A stretch of DNA of 19,915 nt from Paraphysomonas bandaiensis (GCA_965644295.1 CBFFRP010000279.1:1-19915), one strand, 5' to 3'. Positions 9,430 to 19,386 are shown, counted from the stretch's first letter. The notes: generated from the sequence alone by a model not told the origin. Translations and numbers: made by a program.

Positions 9430-9678
9430 TTAGTATTGGTATTTAATAAGGATATACTTGATATTAATAGAGATAAAGATTGAACGATGAGGCCTAAATA
9501 GTATAATAATAGCAAGACACGTTTGAGCAAAGCGTTAGCACCACACACATGTACGTATCTTGTACAGTCGCGTATCGTGTACAGTTAGGTAACTATTCAG
9601 TCTATTTGGTATTTCATTGTATACACGTGTGTTGTATTCACGCGTTAAGGGATACACGTGAATGAATGACTCCTAATA
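9430..9678 (-). mobile_element. 3' LTR of decayed copia element B (left boundary uncertain: ~9428-9434, or 9367)
   Basis: Begins TATTAGG immediately after the polypurine tract on the minus strand. Candidate ends are CCAATA (9434), CTAACC (9428) or CAACA (9367). Confidence 0.55.
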
Positions 9679-9687
9679 CTCCCCCTC
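9679..9687 (-). promoter_or_regulatory. Polypurine tract of copia element B
   Basis: Minus strand reads TTGAGGGGGAG, the typical copia PPT, ~160 nt after the RNase H stop. Confidence 0.8.
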
Positions 9688-9848
9688 AATGAAATAATCA
9701 TATGACGTATACATAGATATATTATAAATTTAGGTGTATATATTTGGAGATAGTTCTACTAAGGGTAAAACCCACGAGTGCAATCACAGATTGTGGATTA
9801 CACTGATGTCAACATACAGCATACTCTCGTGGGAAACTCCGTAGATCT

Positions 9849-11720
9849 CTAAGTCATCCATCGTGGTCTCTTGGTTGAGTTCTCTGCCGGTGGGATAGAT
9901 ACTCTTGTTCTTTTATAGCTAGCAGGTATGTTGATGCCTCCCCCCCCCATTAGTAAATCCCGCAATCTGTGAAACGTGTTTGATGTGAGAGGTTTAGTTA
10001 GAATGTCGGCCAGCATCTTGTTTGTAGGCATGTAATCAACAATAATAGAGTGCGATGCGACTTGTTCTCTCTTATGAAGTGGTATCTTATGGCAATATGT
10101 TTTGTTCGTCGGTGGTGTACGGGGTTTAGGCATATATAGTTGAATTGCACCTTTTTGTTGTCACACCATATTTATGGTTGTTGAGTATGGCATGTGGAAG
10201 AAGCCCAATTCCGAGAGTAGTGACCGTAGCCAAATAGCTTCTTGACATGCTGTTGGTAGTGCCATGTACTCCGCTTCTGTAGAGGATAGAGCTACAGTGG
10301 TCTGGAGTCGTGATAGCCAGCAGGAAATAAGACAATTTCCAATAAAGAAGCAAAACGCTGTGGTCGACCTGCGAGTTAAGTTGCAGCGTGCCCAATCACT
10401 GTCAGCGAATCCAGTTAAGGTAACAGATTTCCCGGAGTACTGTAGACCTTGATCGATGGTGCCTTTGAGGTACCTAATTAAGTATGTTTAATGCGGCTTT
10501 GCATGTAGTTAGATTTGGGTTAGTACTGAAACGAGCAAGGGTGTTTACAGCATATGCAATATCAGGTCTATAGAGTGCACACAGCAATATACATAAGTGA
10601 ACCTATGAGCTCCTTTTGTAAGGAAAATTTCGGACAAATTCTTGATTTTCTTGGGATAGTTGTTTCTTTTCGAGAATGTCTATATATGGAAATTTGTTGT
10701 CATGGGGTGACTACTACGTGGCTTGCAGTCTTCCATGTTGAATCTGTGGAGTAGATTCCGTATGTATTGGGATTGGTTTAGCGTCGTAGTTCGATTCTGT
10801 AGATCCTGTTTGACGAATATGCCGAGGTAGTAATAATCTAGGACACCGAGATCATGAATGTCGAATTTTTCAGCTAACGAATTCTTGATTTGGGTGATGT
10901 CAGTCCTATTTTTAGCGGCAATAATGATGTCATCGACGTAAACTGCCAGAATTATGAGTCGACCATCGATTGTTTTCTTGAAGATGCACGGGTCGGATAC
11001 TAATAATCTGGTGAAACCACAGTGTCTAACAAATAATTTGTGCAACATTTATACCAATTTAATCCGGACTGTGTTTGAGTCCGTATATGCTCTTTTTAGA
11101 AGTCTGAGGACCTTCCCGTTTGGAACAATGAGACCAGCGGGTGGATACATGTAAATTTCCTCTTGGAGGTCTGCATTGATATAAGCAGTGGAGAAATCTA
11201 CCTGGTGAAGCTCCAACCCAAGTATAGTTGCTAGTGCTATGACTGTTCTCATTGATGTGGCCTGCGACTGGGCTGTAGGTTTCGTTGTAGTCTTTGCCCT
11301 CGACCTGGGAGAAACCTTGAGCCACTAACCTCGCCTTAAAAGTAACCTCATCTCGCTTGACCTTTACCCTAAACACGAATTTTCCCCTTATGATGTTGGA
11401 ATTTGCTGGTGGTGTCGTTATCCTCCAGCAGCCTTTGCTCTCTAGAGACTTGATTTCTTTGTTGGTGGCTCTCAGCCATTGTTCCTTGTACCTGCCTCTG
11501 ATAGTGCTTCACCAACATTGTTAGGTGTGTTAGGTACATCATTGCTACATATGTCATTTGCATGTATAATGATGTCAACATCATACATGTATAATTTTCT
11601 GTAACTCTCATGTTTATCAGGTGTTTTGTGGTTGTACAGATATCGTTTATCAACATCACAGTGGTATATATTGTCACCGAATTTGTGTACATTTGCAATT
11701 ACCCTTTTTTTCTAGTCTGT
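9849..11720 (-). pseudogene. pol: Ty1/copia element B: frameshifted reverse transcriptase-RNase H (linker may extend to ~11925)
   Basis: Motifs in order across frameshifts: PNNVGEAL, WLRATNKEIKSL, KARLVAQGFSQVEGKDYNETYSPVA, LHQVDFSTAYINADLQEEIYM, KKSIYGLK, SDPCIF, AVYVDDIII, FADSDWA, TVALSSTEAEYMA, TKHIAIRYHFIRE, MLADILTKPL. Confidence 0.93.
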
Positions 11721-11885
11721 CTCTTGCTGTGGAGACTTTTCTTTACGCAACGGCTCACCTTGTGATGGTGGGGTGTTCTTACACCCGTAATTGTGCCATC
11801 CGGGCTTTGCCGGCTCCTGTCACCCTGGGAATTCACAGTCTTGTTGATAGCTCGTTTGACCTTACGAGCTGGGTGATCACACTTT

Positions 11886-12527
11886 TGTAACTTTTCTGTG
11901 CCCGCAGATGACTCACAAACCGTGACTCAACGCTGAATGGACCAAGAAAAGATGATCTCTTGTCTAGACTCTACAACCCACCAAAATAGTATCCGCCAGC
12001 GGGCTGCGATACTGTCCAGGGTGCAACGACGGGCGCACTGCCAGAAACACTAACAAACCGTAGGTGCTCTTTAAGAAAAGTAAATTATAAAGTCAGTGAC
12101 AAGAATGAGCAAACACCCATCTCGTTCAACGTAGATCAACACTACACTACGATCAACACTTCACACTCGAAAAACAATATTCACGTACTAAAACCAAAAT
12201 ATTCACATACGAAAACTTCGACTATCTACGAAATCACGTATTTTGTACTAAAACTTCGAAGTTCTGGACTTCAGTCCAAATCAAATGTGAATCGCCGTCA
12301 GAAACTGAAAAACGTATCTCAGCTACTAAACTGAAAACCTCGAATGTCGTAAACTGATAAAGGTAAGTCTCAAATACAGTGAATATACCCTGTATATGAC
12401 AACCTCTATATGCATATGTATACCATATATATAACATATACTGCTCCAGATATATACGATATATACACACTATATACAGCACAGTATTCTATATACAAAT
12501 ACACGCAGTGTATACTGCTGCGTGACA
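11886..12527 (-). mobile_element. 3' LTR of the gypsy element (right end firm, left end uncertain)
   Basis: TGTCACG begins right after the PPT. Candidate ends include GTTACA (11886) and GTGACA (11818), or further right (11961, 12013). Hairpin cacgcag/ctgcgtg at 12502-12524. Confidence 0.55.
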
Positions 12528-12546
12528 CTACCCTCTTTTTCCTTCC
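12528..12546 (-). promoter_or_regulatory. Polypurine tract of the gypsy element
   Basis: Minus strand GGAAGGAAAAAGAGGGTAG, ~40 nt after the pol stop and directly followed by TGT. Confidence 0.85.
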
Positions 12547-12584
12547 AACGGATAAGAGATTCCGGAAATTAGGAAAATTCTAAA

Positions 12585-14714
12585 TTAAGGGAGGATATTG
12601 GGAAATCTGGCACAGAAGGCGGAGTCTACCAGAACCATGGTGTGAGGGTTAAATTCTCGTGTAGTTCCATAGTTCTGGACATCATAGGCTGACCATTCAA
12701 AAGTAGAGTTAAAGAGAGAACAATACACATCAATAGTGATCCTTTTGCGGCCCGCCCAACGCTTATAGACACATTGAACTACATAAAGAGTATCATATGC
12801 ATTAGGTAATTCTAAAGCGTCATAGAAGTCTGCACCCCACGCTCGAAGATTAACAAAGACAACGTCTCCAGGTATCACAGTGGATATAACACACTTCTTG
12901 AGTTTAGTCTTCTGTTGCACTGCTTCCTTTGCAGAAAAACGTAAGGGAAACAATTCAGGGACACTGAAAATATATTCATGAAAAGCTTCACTTGTCGCAA
13001 GATCAGTAGAATATGGCATCCACAACAACGATTGATCGGAGAAGAGAACTTTGAAATCCATAGTAGTTCTTTTTTCGGGGTCCCCTCTATAAGCCACCAC
13101 TTTGTCAAGAGAAAATTGCCTATAGTCAATCATTGCTATGCGAAAAGCCTCCTCCTTGCTACCAAAGAATGGCTTCAACCAGGACATATGTAACGTTACA
13201 TCAAACCGCATTACTAAATGAGTACAAATAACATCGGCCTTGTACGTGGATACTACTTCATACGGTCCTTTGAATCGAGGATATAATTTGGACGGCTTAT
13301 GTTTCGTTACATCCAGTTTAAACAAAACAAGCTGGCCTGGTTGATATTGATTCATTTTCTCTGCTGGGGTTTTGGACATACGTTTATTCTGAATTTTCTT
13401 CTGAACTTCACACGCAATTTTCCTGATAGCTTTAAGGTTATCATTGAAATTGGAAATATAAGTCGAAGAAGCAAATTCATCTGAAGAACTGTCAGGGATA
13501 TGAAAATACTTTGAATCCATTGTTCCAAACGTAAACTCAAAAGGTGAAAGACCCGTCTCACTTGAAATTTCATCGTTGAGAATGAATTGTATCAACAAAT
13601 AGCATTCTGGGTCACTCCAATTTTCTAATCTTTCGTCATGAACCAATGCACTAAGAAAACGCAATAATTCCCGATTACTTCGTTCCACCATGTTGGACTC
13701 ATGTCTATTCACTAACGACATTCTAAAGCGGACTCCAAACCATTTCAGGAGTAACTGAACAACCCTAGCTGTGATATTCGAACCTGGATCCGATACCACC
13801 ACTTCAGAAATTCCATATGTGACAAAGTAACTGAACAAAGCACGTGCCACTCCCTCTGCTGAGTAATTACGAGCTGGATATATTCCTACTAGGCGAGATG
13901 GTAATTGTTTCACCACATGAATACAACAATAACCATTAGCATCTACCGGAGTAACAGTCAATGTATCGAAACCCACAAAATGTCTGCAATTATCAAGATT
14001 TAATGCTCTTATCGGTGCTTGCAACGATGTACTCATATCATAACCTAACTTTTGACAAATAGGACATCGATCAATAAAATCTTGGATAATTTCTGTTGTC
14101 AAGGTATGACCCGGAAATACCTTACTAAGTTTCAACCATGTTCTCTTAGCTCCGTGATGACCCATTCTACCATTGTGTACTAGATCAAATGCTTCTTTTA
14201 GAGACTTTGGCTGTAAATTCTGACTAGCTAACTCATCCAAGGCTTTGACTAGTTCCTCTGGGAATTTTGAAACACAAGCAAGATCATCTGCCTCCGCTGA
14301 CAACATACCACTCTCATCATACATAAAAAGTTGGTCTTCCGACAACAGACTAGAATTCTCATACTCCACTCCTAGACACAATTCAATATCTGAACATGAA
14401 TCTTGAAGACAAAGATCTAACAACATGACACAAGAAGCTGCTCTCTCCTGTCCCATTCTTGATAACCAATCCGCGAAACGATTTAGTTTACCTTTGAAAT
14501 GTAACAAATCCATATCAAAGTTTTGCATGAACATTCTCATTCGAACTATTCGGTCAACCACTGAAATTTCCATCCACTTTAGATTTGCATGATCCGTCAT
14601 AATCGTAAAGTGTTTTCCTCTCAAGTAGTACGACAACTTAAAGATAGAATAGAATATACCAAAACATTCCTTGTCTATAGTTGACCATTTGAAAGCAAGA
14701 TCTGAAAATTTTTT
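12585..14714 (-). CDS. pol: Ty3/gypsy pol 3' fragment: partial RNase H, integrase (HHCC, DDE, GPY/F), chromodomain-like region and extra C-terminal domain; 5'-truncated
   Basis: The frame extends upstream of the track start: KKFSDLAFKWSTIDKECFGI...YYLRGKHFTIMTDHANLKW, NRFADWLSR. Integrase motifs: H...GHHG...CPIC, FDTL / SDPGS / MVERSN, FKGPYEV. Chromo-like stretch: FSLDKVVAYRG...FKVLF...WMP. No stops in ~2.1 kb. Confidence 0.92.
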   Translation of the reverse strand, partial: KKFSDLAFKWSTIDKECFGIFYSIFKLSYYLRGKHFTIMTDHANLKWMEISVVDRIVRMRMFMQNFDMDLLHFKGKLNRFADWLSRMGQERAASCVMLLDLCLQDSCSDIELCLGVEYENSSLLSEDQLFMYDESGMLSAEADDLACVSKFPEELVKALDELASQNLQPKSLKEAFDLVHNGRMGHHGAKRTWLKLSKVFPGHTLTTEIIQDFIDRCPICQKLGYDMSTSLQAPIRALNLDNCRHFVGFDTLTVTPVDANGYCCIHVVKQLPSRLVGIYPARNYSAEGVARALFSYFVTYGISEVVVSDPGSNITARVVQLLLKWFGVRFRMSLVNRHESNMVERSNRELLRFLSALVHDERLENWSDPECYLLIQFILNDEISSETGLSPFEFTFGTMDSKYFHIPDSSSDEFASSTYISNFNDNLKAIRKIACEVQKKIQNKRMSKTPAEKMNQYQPGQLVLFKLDVTKHKPSKLYPRFKGPYEVVSTYKADVICTHLVMRFDVTLHMSWLKPFFGSKEEAFRIAMIDYRQFSLDKVVAYRGDPEKRTTMDFKVLFSDQSLLWMPYSTDLATSEAFHEYIFSVPELFPLRFSAKEAVQQKTKLKKCVISTVIPGDVVFVNLRAWGADFYDALELPNAYDTLYVVQCVYKRWAGRKRITIDVYCSLFNSTFEWSAYDVQNYGTTREFNPHTMVLVDSAFCARFPNILP

Positions 14715-15032
14715 AGTTGTCCTGCAATATTCGTAGAATTATGTTTACTCCTACACAAATGCATTCATAGGTGTTTTACGAGTGTGCGAAGTGTTTAATA
14801 TCGAAATATATTTAATTAGCATACGATAGTTATAAAATCATTCAGCAGTTAACTGAAAATATTGATGTGCTGTGTATGTCACAAAGGTAAATTTGAGTAC
14901 GTAATTAATGAATTGTTCTTCAAGTTTTATATTCCATGATATGTTAGTAAATGTCTGTTCATTTAGAATAGGCATTCAAGAGTCAGAACCTAGATGAACG
15001 AACCAGTCACGGCAAAAGCTCTACCATTTACT

Positions 15033-15103
15033 AACCAGTGTAAACTCTGATATCCTACTTTTAACGCCACGAAAGCGGCTTGTGCGTCGCCTCAAGCACC
15101 AAG
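15033..15103 (-). repeat. Dispersed ~72-bp motif, copy 2 of 3 (inverted)
   Basis: Reverse complement reads cttggtgcttgaggcgacgcacaagccgctttcgtggcgttaaaagtaggatatcagagtttacactggtt. Confidence 0.8.
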
Positions 15104-15245
15104 CGCGACCATGCTCGCCATATTGATAGATGTGTATGTAGGGACGTTGCACAGCATGTCAAGTGAAAGCAGTGATCTAAGTCTACGACTACCACACTAG
15201 CCTACAAGACTACACATACATTTTGCAATTTAAAAATTATGTGCC

Positions 15246-18200
15246 TTACGGCAGGCAGCAGGGGTTCTCTTGGAGATTTCCTAATGCCACTAGCCGAGCC
15301 TTGTACTTTACTATATTCCCTAGTATGTCTCGCTTCACCGTATGCACATATTTCGCTCTAACTAATTTCACTCCGCTTGGAATTTTCACGATCTTCAAGA
15401 CACGTCTTTTCAGCAATGATGTCTTCTCCACCATTCGAGCTTTTCTCCATTGTTGATACTGTGGAGATCTCTCTGCCTCGGCATATGAATTTGGTATCTT
15501 GATATCTTCTGTCTCTGCTTGGTTAAGATCAATATTATGCGCATCCGGTACTTCAACCATATTAATCTCTCCTAAAACTGACGCGTTTGCCAGTCTCCGC
15601 TGCAGCCGTTTGCGTCGGACCCGACCATCACCATCTAGTTCAATCGGTCGACGAGGTATATAAGAACCCGTACCTTGCTCATCCTGAGCACGCACATCGT
15701 GCGTTGTGGGAGGAGCCCCGCTCACAACCCCAGACTCATAGTCTTCAGAGGTCTGCAACCTCACAGCTGTCTCCTGACAGGTTGGGTCAGGACTCTCCTG
15801 TAACCCTCCAGGTCTTCCCTGGTCCAGCACCCTGGCTGGCATAGTACTCAGGGCGTCCCCCTTTCCTATATATCCGGTATTCCCGGGAGTTTCTGCAGTC
15901 ATTCGCACTACGTCCTCGACGTGAATCGGCACCCGGTGCTCGATATGCTTCCGACCTGCAGTTACCAGAGATCTATAGGCTACTATTACCCCCTTTCGTT
16001 CTACTACTCTCGTGGTCTTGTAGAGAAGACCATCCTCATCATCAATATGATATGTACCTTCTAAGCCCGCATAGTCAGACACAATTTTCGGTCTCTCGGC
16101 CTCCTTCACTCGAAGAGCATCTATCTCAGCGAAATAGCTCTCCGAGCGTGACGGTATGGACTCATCAGTTAATACATGTACCGACGTGACGACCCTATCA
16201 GTCGCAGGTAGATATACATCATATCCTACCTTTTCATCTGAATATCCTATCAGATATCCGATAAGGGCCTTGTCGTCCCAGTCTTTCCGTCGATCCGCCT
16301 TTGTAGTGAGGACATACGCACGACACCCCCATACTCTGAGATATTTCAGGTTGGGAGCCTCACCAGTCAAAAATTCAAGAGGGGACATATACCCCTTCGC
16401 TGTCTTTGTAGGCAATCGAATTAATATGTACCTGGCTGCCATGTAGGCATCTAGCCAAAACTGTGAAGGCAATCCTGACTGAATCAGCATCGCTAATGTC
16501 ATCTCACCACAGGTCCTGAATTTCCGCTCCTCAATCGCGTTCATCTCAGGAGAGTCCGTAGAGCTCCACGTATGTTGATAGCAACCCTGTGACCTAAGAT
16601 ATTGTCGCAGCTCATCACATATTAGCTCCCCTGCTCCATCTGCATGGTAATGATGCATTTCTAATTTGTACCTTTTCACATCTCCTTCAAAAATCTTCTT
16701 GAAAACCTGCAGTACCGATGACCCAGTCCTATGAACAAGCCCTTCCGACCAGAACATCCGACTGGCATGGTGTGTTAGTTTGAGCACATATATTTCCCCT
16801 CCTCGAGCTGGACAATTTAAGTATACTGCTATATCGGCCGAGAAATTTGGACGAACGGAGTCCTCATCCTTTGTCCGAAAACTTACTCTGGTGATCTTCG
16901 CCCTGGCGCATACATCACATAGACACTGTTCTTTGGAAACACGTTTCGAGAGATGTTTTCGTTTCAGTCCAGTCCCAATAATTAGCATTCTTTTGTGGGC
17001 TTCTACCAACGCATGCTTGTTAAAATGACCCGCTCTCCTATGTAACAGCTCCAGTTCATCCTCACCCGTACGGTCACTGAGATTTACTTCTGAATCACTG
17101 GATGTCGATACGTCTGGAAGCTCCAATAACTGCTGTGTTGGCACAGCAGTCATTCCATTCTTCATAGGTCCCTCCAACACCAGCTCATCCGTATTTCTGT
17201 CATATATCTGTATACCATACCATACAGTAAATCGATATCCCATATCGTTCAACTTCCGTCCAGAACAAAGACACCGATTTATCTGACTTGATACCTCAAT
17301 GTTCTTCCATGCTCCACGGGAACCTACACTCGTGACGCATATCTCTGACCCTTTTTTCGAACCATTAATAACCTTTGATGTGTGCATATGACTATCAAGT
17401 ATATTCACATCATTTATCAAAAACATTGATGACGAACAACAGGTATCAATGTATGTATAGTGAATATCCTCATGCACACTACTGCATATATTCGTCTCAT
17501 ACACATTACATGACAAGTGATACTCTTCCTGTTGCTCGATCATATTTGCTTCGTCTTCGTCAGACAAATCCGCTGGCTCTCCACGCCTGATGTTTTCAAC
17601 TGTAAGTAGTCTTTTGTCTGGTTTCCTTCCATCTTGAAACCTCACAGCCTTGCTCTTGCTTTGCGAGTACTTCTTTTTCGATGCTGGACAATCGATGGCA
17701 AGATGTTCCTTTGACTTACAATTTCTGCACCCAGTATATTCGGCACTTCCAGGTCGCTGCCCTGTAATCTCTGTATCCTTCTTCATCGGCTTCTTCTTAC
17801 CGTTGTTCTTCTTACGATGATCCCTCTCTCTGCGATATCGTTTCTTACTGTCTATCAGGTTCAGCTCCTCCACTCTTTTACGCTTCTTCTCCAACGCTTC
17901 CTTCCCAGCCATAGTATCATCATAGCCTTCTATCTTACGTGATACAGTTACATAATTAACATCATCATCCATCAAGTATAATCCAACTCTCAGTTGAGCA
18001 TACTCTTCATTGAGCAAGCCTTCTCGTAGTCGACTTGTTTTTGATACCTCCGAGATATCCTGCTGCTGCTCCTGTAGTTCCTTCAGCAGTAGTTCGAACC
18101 GTAGTACGTAGTCCTTCGCCGTCTCCTCCGGACGCATACGGAAAGAACCATATTGAGTTAAGAGGTCACTGATCCTATTTTGCTTCCCTCCAGCAAAACA

Positions 18201-18593
18201 CTTCTTCAACTCATCAATCATTACATGTGTTTTGAACCTGTTTACACCACTCCCTTCTGCCTTGAACGCTTTGTGGGTAAGATGGAATTTACGCAGCGCT
18301 TTCGGGGAATGCTGCACCGCATCCCTGCAGTAAGAATAAGCTATGGCGTTCGCCTTCCAATACCTCTTCACAGCCTGTCTGTACGCCTTCTCCTCCATCA
18401 ACGTAAGTGGCTGCTCCCCGAAGTCGCTCTCCTTAGGTGGCAGTTCCACCGCTACCTCGCTTTGTTCCTTCCTCATAAGGAATGTCTCGAAGTCCTCAAT
18501 CCATTGTTCAACGTTAGTCTCGTTGAACTGAGGAACTACTCCTCTATCCTCCTTCTCTCCTCCTCGCTCGCTACCATGTTGGGAAATGCTCAT
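15246..18593 (-). CDS. gag-pol: Ty1/copia element A gag-pol polyprotein (Gag, zinc knuckle, protease, integrase), truncated at the start of RT
   Basis: 1115-aa open frame. Gag/UBN2-like FRMRPEETAKDYVLRF; CX2CX4HX4C knuckle at 17688-17729; protease YIDTCCS; LHRRAGH...CDVC; DDE at SADI / HADGAGEL / NAIEER; LRVWGCRAYV; then IPNSYAEA...W...YKARLVALGNLQ, where homology stops at ~15265. Integrase before RT is the copia domain order. Confidence 0.95.
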   Translation of the reverse strand: MSISQHGSERGGEKEDRGVVPQFNETNVEQWIEDFETFLMRKEQSEVAVELPPKESDFGEQPLTLMEEKAYRQAVKRYWKANAIAYSYCRDAVQHSPKALRKFHLTHKAFKAEGSGVNRFKTHVMIDELKKCFAGGKQNRISDLLTQYGSFRMRPEETAKDYVLRFELLLKELQEQQQDISEVSKTSRLREGLLNEEYAQLRVGLYLMDDDVNYVTVSRKIEGYDDTMAGKEALEKKRKRVEELNLIDSKKRYRRERDHRKKNNGKKKPMKKDTEITGQRPGSAEYTGCRNCKSKEHLAIDCPASKKKYSQSKSKAVRFQDGRKPDKRLLTVENIRRGEPADLSDEDEANMIEQQEEYHLSCNVYETNICSSVHEDIHYTYIDTCCSSSMFLINDVNILDSHMHTSKVINGSKKGSEICVTSVGSRGAWKNIEVSSQINRCLCSGRKLNDMGYRFTVWYGIQIYDRNTDELVLEGPMKNGMTAVPTQQLLELPDVSTSSDSEVNLSDRTGEDELELLHRRAGHFNKHALVEAHKRMLIIGTGLKRKHLSKRVSKEQCLCDVCARAKITRVSFRTKDEDSVRPNFSADIAVYLNCPARGGEIYVLKLTHHASRMFWSEGLVHRTGSSVLQVFKKIFEGDVKRYKLEMHHYHADGAGELICDELRQYLRSQGCYQHTWSSTDSPEMNAIEERKFRTCGEMTLAMLIQSGLPSQFWLDAYMAARYILIRLPTKTAKGYMSPLEFLTGEAPNLKYLRVWGCRAYVLTTKADRRKDWDDKALIGYLIGYSDEKVGYDVYLPATDRVVTSVHVLTDESIPSRSESYFAEIDALRVKEAERPKIVSDYAGLEGTYHIDDEDGLLYKTTRVVERKGVIVAYRSLVTAGRKHIEHRVPIHVEDVVRMTAETPGNTGYIGKGDALSTMPARVLDQGRPGGLQESPDPTCQETAVRLQTSEDYESGVVSGAPPTTHDVRAQDEQGTGSYIPRRPIELDGDGRVRRKRLQRRLANASVLGEINMVEVPDAHNIDLNQAETEDIKIPNSYAEAERSPQYQQWRKARMVEKTSLLKRRVLKIVKIPSGVKLVRAKYVHTVKRDILGNIVKYKARLVALGNLQENPCCLP
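18565..18576 (-). promoter_or_regulatory. Primer binding site of copia A (probably initiator tRNA-Met)
   Basis: Minus strand TGGTAGCGAGCG directly after the LTR end ...CCCAACA. TGGTAGC is complementary to the ...GCUACCA 3' end typical of eukaryotic initiator tRNAs. Confidence 0.75.
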
Positions 18594-18778
18594 TTTACTT
18601 AGATCAAAGAGAGATTAAGTTGTTAGACTAGATAGATTTATTAATATCGTTTACACAAATTGTGTTAAACAACACAAGCTCGTTTTGTGCCATGCATAAA
18701 TCACTACTTCTGTAGACCTTTCGCTACTAAACATATCTTGAAAGAGCAAACTATTTCAGTTTTCTCAATATCATAACA
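18577..18778 (-). mobile_element. 5' LTR of copia A (202 bp, TGTT...AACA)
   Basis: TGTTATGA at 18778 and CCCAACA at 18577 adjacent to the PBS. The 18577 boundary is supported by a homologous copy whose similarity starts at the same TG (19798). Confidence 0.75.
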
Positions 18779-18789
18779 GCATCTACACA

Positions 18790-19386
18790 TCACCATACTT
18801 CACTGTATTCTCGTACATTGTCTTCAAGTACCACATTGAATATACTAGGATACAGTCCATATTCTAATAGTGTGAGTTCGCCCTGCTCGTGTGTCTGAGG
18901 ACTCACTGGCGCGTGTTGTCCGGGGGTCTCCCCTTGGGATAAGGTTCCGCCTGGCTCTGAGGTACAGGGTTCTGTATTAAGGTCCTGAGCGTACCGAGCA
19001 CTAGATGTGTGCACTGAGAGGTTGATGGTGGTGTGGTGGAATGTGGCGGTGTCGCTTGTGCGTGGGTGTACATGCGTGATGCGGCGCGGGGATAGGGCTG
19101 TAGGCGTGTATGAGCCGTCCGTAAAGATTGCCTTATAGGTATCCGCGTTTACATCATCCAGTCCTAATGTGCGGATAATGTTGGTCAGGGTGTCGGTATC
19201 TTGAGGTTCCGGATTGTCGGGTTGGTGGAGTGTGAGGCCAACCTCCGTACCCCATTCCCGCAGGCTTAAGGCAAAGTGGTGGTAGTTTGGGTACGGTGCG
19301 GTAGTCTGTGTTAGAAGAAAGTGCGCTGCGTCACCGGCATCCCCGCCTAGGATTATGGCGCGCTGTAGGGAGCCCCATTTTTGTTC
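18790..19386 (-). pseudogene. LINE-like ORF2 fragment containing the start of an RNase H domain
   Basis: 199-codon minus frame (longer than the track ORF, no ATG): KWGSLQRAIILGG...SLREWG...YKAIFTDGSYT. The TDGS RNase H motif is at 19111-19122. The sense strand is A/C-rich. Later RNase H motifs are not evident. Confidence 0.5.

Noticed and set aside
14978-15040. tRNA or tRNA-derived SINE on the minus strand (tggtagagc...ggttc)
   Set aside because: Only loose A/B-box resemblance; no cloverleaf or acceptor stem can be formed.
15047-15075. Hammerhead ribozyme (ctgata...cgaaa)
   Set aside because: The core is CTGATAT rather than CTGANGA, there is no stem II, and it is not conserved in the other two motif copies.
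9849-18593. Copia A and copia B as one element split by the gypsy insertion
   Set aside because: Both contain their own, different versions of the P...EA...W..A...E and KARLVA segment. Their LTRs are unrelated, and A is intact while B is heavily frameshifted.
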